64,000 bases of DNA from contig NC_043000.1 of assembly GCF_006345805.1 (NCBI RefSeq), positions 57,226,001 to 57,290,000 on the forward strand. Direction: 5' to 3'. The translations under genes and the position numbers were made by a program. The number at the start of each line of letters is the position of its first letter. Positions within the stretch are counted from its first letter, which is position 1. Shown here one piece after another: positions 1-12,054 of the stretch. The notes under the pieces were generated by a model that did no database searches, was not told the DNA's origin, and worked only from the letters and a program-made list of their open reading frames with translations. This DNA comes from Octopus sinensis (taxonomy: Eukaryota).

Positions 1-1152
1 AGTTGGAAGCAATTTGCTATTCATGCTTATATACTCAAAATGCAGTGAAACAAATCATAATGTAACACCATAAAAACAAACACAGACAAATAATGTTTTG
101 CAACAAGTAAAGGAAAAAAAATTTACATATATGTATATAACATTCTTCTGGCCTTCCATACTTCTGTTTGCCTCTTGCTTCACAAACAATGAAATATACA
201 CATAACTATATGAAAATAATGGTTAGCAGTTAATATGGCCTTCTTCTAGTTATAAATTACATCTACAGATGCAAACAGCAACCTAATAAGTCAAGGCAGC
301 ATAACTATTTTTGATTGGTTATAACTGCCCAATTGCTAGCATTTCAGCTACTTTTCACTGAATTCTTTTTGAGCCCCCTTCAAACAGATACCTGAATCAG
401 GCACATTGTCTCTGTCACACAGTCTCTTGATCTCTTCCTTTTTCTGAGTTAGCACACGCACACACACACACACAAAATATACATGCAGAAGAACACACAC
501 ACCTGCAAAGCATACATGCAGAAGAACACACACACACAAAAACATGCATGCATAAGAACAGATTCATGTTGCCTGAAATTCTTCCTGACAGAACTGAAGG
601 GGTCACTTTACCACTTTTCCTCTCCAGCTTAACTTTCATCAGCTTTGGGTATGACCTAAGTGAAAGGGCCTACTCTTGAGCCTACTCTCAGTATGAATAT
701 GTAGACTGGGAGAGGGCTATTGCCCCTGATAGTCAGGGTAACTCAGGATCTGCTATGTTCCTTGATTGATGACTGGTGACTCTACATGGCAGTCCTACTT
801 GCTTTAGAAACACTATATAAAATATAATTTTGTATACTGCATATGCTTCCATTTTCATATTCTCATTCAATTTCAGTGTAAATATTGTTTTTGTAACCTA
901 TCCATGTAAATACTGTTTTTGTAACCTATCCACTCCTCATCACATTACCCTTTTGACAAATAAAAGAAATCATTATCATCTATGGGTAGTGGATTACCAG
1001 ATTCATTACAAGTGTCAGACTAAATGCCTTGTGATATTTGTTCTGGCTCTTTGTTCTGCATTCAAAATAAAATGCCTGTCAAAATTGGAGTTGATTTAAT
1101 TGACTAAACATATCCCAAAATTGTTGGCTTTGTAATTACATTATTATTATTA

Positions 1153-1366
1153 TAGTGGGCTGGCAGAATAGTTAGTATGCTGGGCAAAATGCTTAGCAGT
1201 ATTTCATCTGTCGCTATGCTCTGAGTTCAAATTCCGTTGAGGTCAACTTTGCCTTTCATCCTTTCGGGGTATATAGTTTAAGTAATAGTTGAGTACTAAG
1301 GATTGATGTAATCGACTTAACCCCTCCCCAAAAATTTCAAGCTTTGTGCCTTCAGTAGAAAGGATT
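1153..1366 (+). mobile_element. tRNA-derived SINE (family A) with (ATT)n tail
   Basis: A-box-like TGGCAGAATAGTTAG, B-box-like GAGTTCAAATTCC, core GGTCAACTTTGCCTTTCATCC, tail GTAGAAAGGATTATT; many copies in the window. Confidence 0.8.
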
Positions 1367-1424
1367 ATTATTATTATTATTATTATTATCATTATTATTA
1401 TTATCATTATTATTATCATTATTA

Positions 1425-1456
<32 letters not shown>
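1364..1456. repeat. (ATT/ATC)n microsatellite
   Basis: Seen directly; continuous with the SINE tail. Confidence 0.95.
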
Positions 1457-1984
1457 TACTTTTAATCTCCATGTTTGTTACAATCACTTGCCAAGACACA
1501 CTTGGCATCCTAGGGCAAGTAAAGGAATCTTTCTTGGGTTTCTTACAGGATCCAAGGATGGCACTTTTCAGCAAGTCAACAATGTATGCTTCAATTCCAG
1601 TGTTCTTCAGCATCTGGGGTAGTAGTTTCAGCTTGTGTCACTTTATCTGAGAATAGAATAAGAGGAGCACACTCCATCACATAGTGATTCATGATTGTAT
1701 GAAGCACCAGTGAGAATAATATTTGGCACTAAACAAGGGAATGAGGAGAAAGTGATGACAAAGGAGGAGGAGGAAATAGGTCTGACACCACCTGAAACTA
1801 AAATACCCATATTTTAGTTTCAGATCTAAAGCATAAAATGCTTTAGACCTCATCCATGATAATGGATGCTTTATGGGTGACTTTGAGTACATTAGATTCA
1901 ATAATGGAAAATAATCAGTCATACTGTGCTACAGTCTGTAGCGTAATTGATATTCTCACTGTTTGAGAGACACATTAGAAATTA

Positions 1985-2292
1985 TCTCGTTTGAGATTAC
2001 AACCATCTTTAGCTAGTTTGACCGTCTTGTGTCCACTGCTCTGATTGGTTGGCATTTGGCGCAGTTTGTCTCTCGACTTATTTCGCGCCAGTGTGTAAGC
2101 CAACCAATCACGGCCTTTGGATAATGTCTCGTGACACTGTTTTTCCTGATCCTTCATTTGAGCCTACCACAGGCTTTATGAGGCGCCAGCATTCACTGTT
2201 CCTGGTCTTTTGGCTTTAGACCTTCTAAGGTCTAGTTACTGGAACTGGAACACAGCTGAGTAGCTCAGTGGTTCCCTACAAGTCTAACTTAG
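1985..2292 (+). promoter_or_regulatory. Candidate internal APC promoter / non-coding first exon
   Basis: Local CpG cluster; perfect inverted CCAAT 12-mers TGATTGGTTGGC (2042-2053) and GCCAACCAATCA (2099-2110); AG|GTATTG donor-like site at 2292/2293. Confidence 0.4.
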
Positions 2293-2978
2293 GTATTGTC
2301 TTTATGTGTGGTTGCTCTTATTTTTGTGTTTCTTTCATTTAGATTTCATATATTTTATATCTGTACCCATATATATTTATTTATTTGTATTATTTTAAAC
2401 ATTTTTAATGTCTTAATATATTGTCTTTTGCCCATCCCTCATTTTTATATAATTTTCTACATTGCCATGTTTTTGTTATACCTTTTAGAATGTGTCATCA
2501 GGTTCTGATAGCAAAATAAGACAATTGTTATTATTATTATTCTTAGTATTAGTATTATTATTATTAGTAGTAGTAGTAGTATTATCATCATCACCACCAC
2601 CAGTACTGTAATGTAATTAGTGAGTATTTTCTTTGTATGTGTCACATTCTTGTCAGTAAACTATTATACTTTTTAATACCAGCTTGCCTGAGGCTGGGTC
2701 TATGAAACAAAGCAACATGTTTGAAAGTGTTAATTTTTAAATTAAAATCTCCCATATAATTTTACAAAAGAACCTTTTGCTATGTTACAAACACTGTCTT
2801 AATGATGCAAAGTTATTGTATTAAATCCCCACCACATTCTTTATTATTTTTAAAATGAATTAAAACTAATAAGCAGTGTAGTTCAGTAAGTTCACATATA
2901 GTTTCCTACAAAACATTCATTTAACTACAATTAAGATTCCATTGAATTAAAAAAAAATATAATATTTTCTTAACCTGC

Positions 2979-3299
2979 TTGGGGTTCTCAACCATTTTTC
3001 ATCTATGAATCCCTTTGATAACTATTTTATTCTGGTGGACCCCCATAGCCAATCAATGTTTAAAAACTAGTTTTAGGGAAAATTCTTTCACAATTCCTTT
3101 TTCTTTTGTCACACATTAACTTGTGTAAGTTGAACTATATAAAGTATTAGAGAAAACCTAGCTGTTTCTCGTAATACAAAATTTTTTCAGGGACTCTTAA
3201 AATACTATTGTGGATCCCCAATTTACTATTTTGTTGCGTGGACCCCCAAAAATCTTGTATGGACTCTTAGGCATCATACGGACCCCAGTTGAGAACTAG
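2979..3299. mobile_element. hAT (Charlie-like) MITE, degenerate
   Basis: Inverted ends GGGGTTCTCAACC / CAGTTGAGAACT; non-coding interior with repeated GGACCCC; TSD not resolved. Confidence 0.5.
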
Positions 3300-3478
3300 A
3301 ATGTGCAAAGGACAATGCAAGTGTGCAGTTACAGCCAATTAAAATATTTGTTAGTTATGAATATCAGCATATCATAGAGCTATACACAGCATTCCTTATA
3401 CACAGCATTCAATGTTTTGCTAGATTTTTTTTTCCACCCATGATCTCTTAAGTATTTCTTTTTTTTTTCTTCCACCAG

Positions 3479-3586
3479 ATGGACCAAGACAAGCGGGATT
3501 CTGGAGCCTGTGATTTAAATAACAGCAACCACAATGACAGCATATTTCTAAAGAATGCTTCTATCAATACACCTCTTGCTGCAGAG
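3479..3586 (+). CDS. APC: APC exon (first visible; MDQDKRDSGACDLNN...TPLAAE), phase 0-0
   Basis: Pyrimidine tract + CCAG acceptor at 3478 and GTTAGT donor at 3587; 108 nt open frame, phase-compatible with the next exon. No recognisable motif, so assignment rests on splice-phase continuity. Confidence 0.65.
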
Positions 3587-4366
3587 GTTAGTATTTCAAA
3601 TTTTGTATTTAATATTTTTTTCAGATTCACATAATGATCTCAAAATTAGAATGCAAATGAATATGATTGTCTGAATCAACTCCTTTTCATACCTAGTACT
3701 TAGCTTTCTGGACAGCTGCTTACAGTGGACTATGTTTATCAGAGCTAGTTGGTCTTATCCTTCACTTGGATATCCCCTTGACTTACTCATCTCTCTTCAT
3801 TTTATGACCCATATTGTGTTTCCTTCTCCATTCCTAGACTCTACACTACCTTCTTTCAAGCCCTCTATCCCCAGAACATTAACTGTGTCTATCTCAGTGG
3901 TTTTGGAGGCCTGTGAGGACAAAGAGAAGCTTAAAGAAGTGTGTGTGTGTAGATATCATTTAATGTGCACAGTATTTAAAAATAAGAGCTACTAATACTT
4001 TCTTGCCATAGAGACACTGAGATTAGGCAGATTATATAACATGCCTTGTGTCTCCAAACACTCTTTAGGCTCTGGACACATGATTAGTTCTAATGTAAAG
4101 CCAGTATGCTGGTACAGGCAGGCAGGTGTGTATGTCCTTGTCTTGACATCATGTGATAATTGAAAATGAGTGTCACTGTCACACAAGCAGTGTCATTTAT
4201 TTCCAATATTCTGCAAAAATATGTTCAACCATGGATACATATTAACTTGCGTGGAAACAGGAAGGGTATCTGGCTCATAGAAAATCTGACTCAGTAAACT
4301 CATTCCTACACATGCAAACATGGATAAGTAGAAGTTAAAAAGACAATAATAAAACAATGATGATGC

Positions 4367-4410
<44 letters not shown>

Positions 4411-4823
4411 CAATCACTCTTAGTCTTGCCAATTACATAGATCATTGAGGCCATTGAATAAGACCCAAACATTGCTGCTGCTTTCACCAATTGGTTTTAA
4501 AGCCCTGATCTATTCCATTCTGCACAGTCTCTCTATACTATTCAAAACTTCCAGTCAACTGATCTTATTGAAGTTATTTCCCTTGTTGATTTAGATTTTT
4601 TTTTTTTAATGTTACTAGAGGATGTTTTCTCACCTGACTGAAAGTAAATAAACCATGTCTCTTATAAGGAAGGTTTCAATATAATCAAACGTTTACTTTT
4701 TCCATTCAGTTTCTAATGTGGGTTTTTTTTGTTGGGGTAATTTGTTATTTGTTGAAGACTATAACACAAATGTAATTCTTATAGTCACTTTGTTTTGATT
4801 CTTTTTACACTTTCATTCCTTAG

Positions 4824-5052
4824 GTCTTTGTTCTCAAATCTGGAACTGGAGACAACGGGTACGCATGTGACACAAGCATTACAAGTAATTCTGAGGGAGA
4901 AAGGCTAGTAACCATGGCAACGCAAACACCAGAGGTAGAAATTCAGGAACCACAGTGTTTACTTGAGGAAAGCTGTCAGAATAATGGTTTATTGATTCCA
5001 CCTACTCCTCCACTTTCATCTATGTACCATGGGACATGGCCCATTACTAAAG
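4824..5052 (+). CDS. APC: APC exon (VFVLKSG...HGTWPITK), phase 0-1
   Basis: TTCCTTAG acceptor, G|GTATAA donor, 229 nt open frame; joins as G+AT (Asp) to 10602. Assigned by phase continuity only. Confidence 0.65.
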
Positions 5053-5861
5053 GTATAAAGGCCTCCGTGCAGTAACTATTTCTGTTGTTTGTAATTTTAC
5101 TATTAAGAGTCACAATACACTATGTTGACAGCATGTCAAAATCAAACTGAAACAGTTGACAAGTCACATTCAATCATTACACTTTCTCAATGGTCAACAT
5201 ACATTTATGACACTGTCAAGCCAGTGAGGGAACATTTATGTAATTGCTTGACCTGGTACAAATAGCAGCCTGAGCTTCCTCAAATCATGCTTTAAAAAAG
5301 AAATGATACATTGCATAATGTGATATGAGACGTTTTGTCGCAGCCATTTTTGAGACACTTAATTTGGCGTTGTGTATCCAATGCTGATTTATTTTCTCCT
5401 CTTCCTCCTCCTCCTTCTCTCTCTCTCTCTCTCTCTCTCAAGAGAGGGTATTTATGTCAGTCATGCTCAGTTAATGAATTGTAGTGTCTCCTCATCACTT
5501 TGAATCTGTCTATCTACCTGTTTGTCTATCTATCTATTTGTCTGTCTGTCTGTGTGCCAAAAAGTACCCATTGCCAAAACAGTTTTAATGTTCAGTCAGC
5601 CATCCCAAATTGCCAGCATCCAAGCAGCCACAGCCAATCATCTGATTCCATGGATCATGTAATACTAGATACACAATGTCTTAAAAATAGTCAGGGTGAT
5701 TGAAGTTTGAATGTCTTTGATCATACACCTGCTAAATCTCAGAGCCAACCTGGACACTGTTGTCCAGTTTATTTAACAATAAATGGATATGATTGCTTTG
5801 ACCCTCCATATCAGTGAGGGCATTGTGTAAAGATGTTGATTAGATTATAGTTTGTTCCTTC

Positions 5862-6125
5862 TCAAGCCACGCCTGGCTCATAAGGGCCGGTTTCCCAGTT
5901 TCCTTGGCATATAGGTTCCCCACCTGGACAGGACGCCGGTCCGTCGCAGGTGAGCTGCAAGATGCAGGAGGAAAGAGTGAGAGAAAGTTGTGGTGAAAGA
6001 GTCAGCAGAAGTTCGCCATTACCTTCTGCCGGAGCCATGTGGAGCTTAGGTGCTTCGCTCATAAACAAATCCGCGATCCCTCGACCGCTAGTCCGTTGCT
6101 CTAACCATGGGCCATGTGCCTCCAT
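5862..6125 (-). mobile_element. tRNA-derived SINE (family C, tail type 1)
   Basis: Head GGAGGCACATGGCCC..TGGTTAG; central part shared with 9361-9645; tail CTGCGACGGACCGGCGTCCTGTCCAGG. Confidence 0.7.
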
Positions 6126-6420
6126 TAGATTATAGTACTGAGTTCAAGTTATCCTTTGAGATGAGCGTAGACCCCCCCCCCCCTCAGGTATCATTCCAGC
6201 AGATATCATATTTAGTAATATGTTCTCAAATACTGCTAAAGTCAATAGGATCACTATGAATTCAATCATCAGGTTATGAAACAGGCAAGACAAATATAAA
6301 TTTAGTGACATAAATTTTAACTACTTTTATGCATTATACAATTTTTGGTAACAGTCCCACTTTATGGCTCCTGAGCAAGTGTCTTTTACTACAGCCTCAG
6401 GCTGTAGACAGAAACTGAAA

Positions 6421-6660
6421 GAAGGTGGCGAGCTGGCAGAAATGTTAGTATGCCAGACGAAATGCTTAGTGGTATTTCGTCTGTCTTTATGTTCTCAGTT
6501 CAAATTCTGCCAAGGTCAATTTTGCCTTTTGTCCTTTCGGGGTCAATAAATTAAGTACCAGTTATGCATTGGAGTCAGTGTAATCAACTTAATCCCTTTG
6601 TCTATCCTTGTTTGTCCCCTCTATGTTTAGCCCTTTGTGGGCAACAAAGAAATAAGAAAC
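6421..6660 (+). mobile_element. tRNA-derived SINE (family A)
   Basis: Same head and core as 1153-1366. Confidence 0.75.
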
Positions 6661-7089
6661 TGATAGAAGCTTGTCATGTGTGAGTATCTATCTATCTATA
6701 TATGTATGTGTGTGTGTTTATACACACACGGGTCAATTTGTTTGACTTATTCCTTAAATCCTTCAAGGTGGTGCTCCAGCATGGCTGCAGTCAGTAACAG
6801 AAACAAGTAAAATGAATACTTTGATTTCTTACTTAAGTTCAAAATTTTTATTTTGGAAAGTAGCAAGATTCAATCAGTCTAAATATATTGCTGGTATTTC
6901 CTTTATTTACACAAGAAGGATGAAAATATAAATTGACTCTAGCAGAATTTGAACTTGTGTCATAGATGGAGAAACTAGAATAGACTAAATAATAATCTAT
7001 TTTATTATATATATATATATATATATATATAATAAAATATAGGCAAGTGAAAATCAAAATCGATCAACATCAATGGAAATTGTAGCTGT

Positions 7090-7410
7090 GATACCAGTGC
7101 CGGTGGCACATAAGAGGACCATCCGAACGTGGTCGTTGCCAGCACTGCCCTGACTGGCCTCCATGCCAGTGGCACATAAAAAGCACCATCCGATTGTGGC
7201 CGTTTGCCAGCCTTGTCTGGCACCTGTGCAGGTGGCACGTAAAGAGCACCCACTACACTCACGGAGTGGTTGGCGTTAGGAAGGGCATCCAGCTGTAGAA
7301 ACACTGCCAGATCAGACTGGGCCTGGTGCAGCCTTCTGGCTTCCCAGACTCCAGTTGAACCGTCCAACCCATGCTAGCATGGAAAATGGACATTAAACGA
7401 TGATGATGAT
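7090..7410 (+). mobile_element. RTE-LINE 3' end / RTE-tailed short element ending in (GAT)n
   Basis: GGAAGGGCATCCAGCTGTAGAAAC...CCAACCCATGCTAGCATGG...TTAAACGATGATGAT; the same tail abuts RTE C-terminal coding remnants at 40825-41380. Confidence 0.75.
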
Positions 7411-8029
7411 ATATATATACATATATATATATATATATTGGCATATGGCCATAAATCTGTTGGGTAGTGATATAGTCAATTGAACTAACCCCAGTTCATG
7501 TCTGATGCACATATTCCTGGAGGAATAAAAGGTAAAGTTGATCCCAACATGATAATTTTTATTTTAAAACATAGAAAGGCTATACTATCCCTCTACTGCT
7601 AGTCATTTAATCTACTGAATTACAGTTCTTATTGCTCCATTCCCTTAACAAAACTAAATTATGTGTTCTGCTATCTTGGTCATATTTACTTCCCTGATAA
7701 ACTTCCAAAATATTAATGTAATCAATTTTTTGCTTTCCATTATCCTATTTCATGTTTCCAATATACAGAAGTGCTGTAAAAACCACTTCCACTAGTTGAG
7801 CATATCAGCATATTATTTTTATATTCAGTCTTAGAAAGATTCCAAACTCTATAATTGTTTTGCAAAATATACAGTGCTCCCATAGGTACTATTCACTTGC
7901 ATAAATGTAATCTTCATTCCTGTTTGATAACATTCTCTCTCTCTCTCTCTCTCTCTCTCCCTCTCTCTCTCTCCCTCTCTCTCTCTTTCTCTCATATACT
8001 TGCATATAAATATATATATATATAACGTG

Positions 8030-8433
8030 GCCGTAGCCAGTACCGCATCGACTGGCCTCCATGCTGTGGGCACGTAACAAACACCATCCGATCGTGGCCG
8101 TTCACCAGCCTCATCTGGCACCTGTGTCGGTGGCACATAAAAACACCATCCGAGCGTGGCCGTCTGCCAACCTCGTCTGGCACCTGTGTCGGTGGCACAT
8201 AAAAAACACCATCCGAGCGTGGCTGTTCGCCAGCCTCGTCTGGCACCTGTGTCGGTGGCACATAAAATCACCCACTACACTCTCAGAGTGGTTGGCGTTA
8301 GGAAGGGCATCCAGCTGTAGAAACACTGCCAGATCTGACTGGCCTGGTGCAGCCTTCGGGCTCCCCAGACCCCAGTTGAACCGTCCAACCCATGCTAGCA
8401 TGGAAAGCGGGCGTTAAATGATGATGATGATGA

Positions 8434-8440
<7 letters not shown>
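8030..8440 (+). mobile_element. RTE-tailed short element with internal 3x 62/63-bp tandem module
   Basis: Same tail as 7090-7410; units start at 8080, 8142 and 8205; followed by a long (TA)n to about 8497. Confidence 0.8.
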
Positions 8441-8500
<60 letters not shown>

Positions 8501-9091
8501 CAGATAGATAGATGCATGCATAGGTGCAGGTGTGGCTGTGTGGTAAGAAATTTACTCCCCAACCATAAGGTTCTAGATTCAGTCCTACTATATGGCACCC
8601 TGGACAAGTGTCTGCTACTTTAACCTGGCCAACCAAAGCTTTGTGTGTGGATTTGGTAGATGGTATCTGAGAGAACCAGGTGTGTGTGTGTGTGTATGTG
8701 TACACATATACATACCTCGTCAGTGGATCATATAAAGAAGTTAGTGGTAATGCATAATTAACTTCCTGTAAATATGTGTGTGTGTGTGTGTTTTCCAAAA
8801 TGGAGGCAAACACCTTTCTCCATGTGTTCGGCTTGAAAAATTAAGACACTAAGATATTTTCCTGCTTTTCTTAACATGAAACCAATGGTAGCCTTAATTC
8901 ACAAATAAAGAAGTTATATCCACCAGTGTGGTGTTGAGCACTGATTTTTATCATTCGGAATTTACATATATGAGGAGAATGAGGCCGCCATCAGTCATGA
9001 ATGACCATGGGATTGCACCTAGAAAGTTACCCTCTGAGGCACAAATCCGGGCAAGGTTGTTTGTGGAAGGCCAGCAGTCACCCATGCTTAC

Positions 9092-9122
<31 letters not shown>

Positions 9123-9179
9123 AAATATAATGTGTCTGGAATGGCACAGCAATGCAGAGTGGATATAACTGTTACAAAT

Positions 9180-9266
9180 AATTTTAAAATTCCTTCTTCA
9201 GATATTGCTAGGAAGTAATGGAGTCCATTACTTCCTTGCATTATCTGAAGAAGGAATTATTAAATT
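9180..9266. repeat. Near-perfect 42-bp inverted repeat (fold-back)
   Basis: Arms 9180-9221 and 9225-9266 match at 38 of 42 positions; 3-nt spacer AGT. Confidence 0.9.
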
Positions 9267-9360
9267 CCCAACTATTATATTAGACTATGAATAAATAAAT
9301 CATTTCACAAACAATACACAATGCTTCCAGTGAACTACAATAACCTTTTATATATATATA

Positions 9361-9645
9361 GTGGAGGCGCAATGGCCCAGCAGTCGGAGGATCGCGGTTT
9401 CGATTCCCAGACCGAGCGTTGTGTGTGCTTATTGAGCGAAAACACCTAAAGCTCCACGAGGCTCCGGCAGGGGGTGGTGGCGATCCCTGCTGTACTCTTT
9501 CGCCACAACTTTCTCTCACTCTTTCTTCTGCTGGCCTGCTCGCTTAGCCAGCGAGGTGGCATCATTTGAAGACTAAAACAATGCGAAGCGCATTGTGACC
9601 AGCGATGTGTAGCAACATCTGATAGCCTGGTCGGTCACGTGATCA
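9361..9645 (+). mobile_element. tRNA-derived SINE (family C, tail type 2)
   Basis: GGAGGCGCAATGGCCCAG head, GGTTTCGATTCC B-box, CpG-rich. Confidence 0.75.
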
Positions 9646-9923
9646 CATGATCATCATCATCGTCGTTTAACGTCCGTTCTCCATGCTAGCATGGGTGTTT
9701 GCATCTCCTTGTCTTCACAATCAAATGATAGATATACAATGAGTGTCATTGTCATACAAGCAGTGTTATCCATTTCCAATATTCTGTGGAAAATGTGTTT
9801 GGCTATGAGGAAGTATTAGCTTGTTTAGAAACAATTGTGGGTTGGCAAAAGGGCGGGCATCCAACCATAGAAAATTTGTCTCAATAAGTTTCATCTAACC
9901 CAAGCAAAACCCATATTAAAACG

Positions 9924-9955
<32 letters not shown>

Positions 9956-10601
9956 AAGAACACAAATCATTGTAAACAAGGCAAAAGAGATCGCTCGATA
10001 CAAACAGTAGAGTTCTTTATCTTATATTTATTGGAAACTGAAAACTTCACAAATGGTTATTCCCATATTTCTTCTTTATGATCTACAGATATATATTCAT
10101 AACAAGAAAAACCAATATGTATAATGAAACATTATACTCAAGTAATTAATTTTTGCATGTTCTGTCATATCTATACTGTTTTTTTTTTTTTGGTTGGGTA
10201 GGGGCTAATTGATCACAGTCAGCCAATGATCAAAAACAAGATATATTTATGATGTATATCATATTTTGACTGCTATTTCAGTTTTATTTGAAATAGCACA
10301 TTGAGTAACTGCAGAAACAACAGTTTCTCATTGGTTTTGTTGTTTTTTCTATAGAAATTCATTGTCTGATTTTGTTGTAAAAAGGTTCTATTATATATTT
10401 ATATATATGCACAAGTACTTTTATTAAAACCACAAAAACCTTCACAAACTGTTACTTGGAGTTTCACATTACCATTTGAAGGACAGTTGTGATCCTATAT
10501 TATATATATATATATGCATTGTTGTTGTCATTTCAGCATTAGTATATCAAATTTTGGTTTGAGTGGGATTTTTACTTGTTTATTTTCTTCTTGAGCTTTA
10601 G

Positions 10602-10750
10602 ATTTTCCTATTAGTCAAAGCGATGGCAGCCTTGAAAGTCTAGTCAACAATGATACGTCTAGTATATTCAGTTTTGATTCCAGCAACACAAATGCATCTG
10701 CTCCACCAGTGTCACGCTGTCAAACAACTCAACCTCAACTTGGCACCAAG
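10602..10750 (+). CDS. APC: APC exon ending ...QPQLGTK
   Basis: TTTAG acceptor, AAG|GTAAAT donor. Ends in LGTK at the same junction as vertebrate APC HLGTK|VEMVYS. Confidence 0.85.
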
Positions 10751-11936
10751 GTAAATTCCATCTCCAAACAATGATTTATACACACCCACCCATGACATTT
10801 GTTCAGATCCACTCAGACTTATTGTGACATTTTGTTATTTTTTACTATAACTCCATGCTATTATTTGTTTATTGTGTTTTATTTTTTACAATGAATCACA
10901 TCCAGAATTTCTTATGTACATGAAATCAAACAATTCTTTTAGATATGGAAGTACAGGCATGCCTCAACTTACATCATTTCAAATATCATCTTTTTCAACT
11001 TTACATATTTTTTTACTTTTTTTTTTTATAATCTAATTAACCTCAACTTCAGTCAATTTATCTTACTTTATGTCAGTTTCGGCAAACACTTAAAAGCATT
11101 AATATTTTTTTTTAAATCACCTAAAAACCAATACTGAAGTGGAAAAATCACATAATGTGAAAATACATCCAAATCATTTATTAAAACAGGTGTAAGCTAC
11201 TAAATTTTTTTTAATGATTTTACATTTTACATTGTCTTTCAAGTTCAGCTGCATCTCTTGGATTCAATTATGCCAATATTTGATAAAGTTGGTCTTTATT
11301 TTGAAATGTTCCATGAAAATGTAAGCTTTTAGCAAGCCAGGTGTTTTAGTGAAAATTTTGAACTCTTATTTAAGCTATTTTGTCAATTTGCATAAGTAAT
11401 ATATATGTCTTTGGTACAGGTATGGATGTCAACTTATTTGCCTTACCTTATTAATTTCAAGCTGTGTGTCTGCCTATGCATAAATACATATTGATTACTA
11501 TTCTCAGATGAGGGGCTGCAAGCTGAAATTGATATTAAATATAGACATGGGATATAATGATAAAAACAAAATTTTGCTTTATCAGTAATCTTATCTGTCA
11601 TTATTTATTAGCATAATAAGTAATAAACATGGACAAACAGTAAATGCAGGCATAGCTGTGTGGTAAGAACTTAGGTTACTGCAGTAGGCAACAACACATT
11701 AAGAGTTTGTCTTCAAATCAGGGGACCTGATTCAAATGCTTGCAACAGCATGGACTCATATGCTATTGCATGACTCCCTAAGGCATAGGTGGTGGTGTAA
11801 AACTGGACAACTATGTATATCCATATATTATTCTTATGTTTATTTCTAAAATGATCTTATAAAATTTATTACTAAGCTGGTTGTTGTTCTTATCATTGTT
11901 TTAAATTGTTTCCAATCCTTTTTCTGCTAATTTCAG

Positions 11937-12054
11937 GTTGAAATGGTTTACTCATTATTATCGATGCTTGGTACCCACGATAAAGATGACATGAGTCGCA
12001 CACTACTTGCTATGTCCAGTTCTCAGGATAGTTGCATTGCTATGCGGCAATCAG
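11937..12054 (+). CDS. APC: APC exon VEMVYSLLSMLGTHDKDDMSRTLLAMSSSQDSCIAMRQS
   Basis: Nearly identical to the vertebrate APC pre-armadillo segment; TTTCAG acceptor, G|GTAAAA donor. Confidence 0.97.

Noticed and set aside
1460-1660. R4/Dong-like LINE C-terminus (LLKSAILGS) on the minus strand
   Set aside because: Only one short motif; insufficient to annotate.
8080-8266. CRISPR-like regularly spaced repeats
   Set aside because: Units are whole tandem copies without unique spacers, inside a eukaryotic retroelement, with no cas genes.
10953-11150. Tigger/pogo-like end TA|CAGGCATGCCTCAACTTAC
   Set aside because: No matching opposite TIR found.
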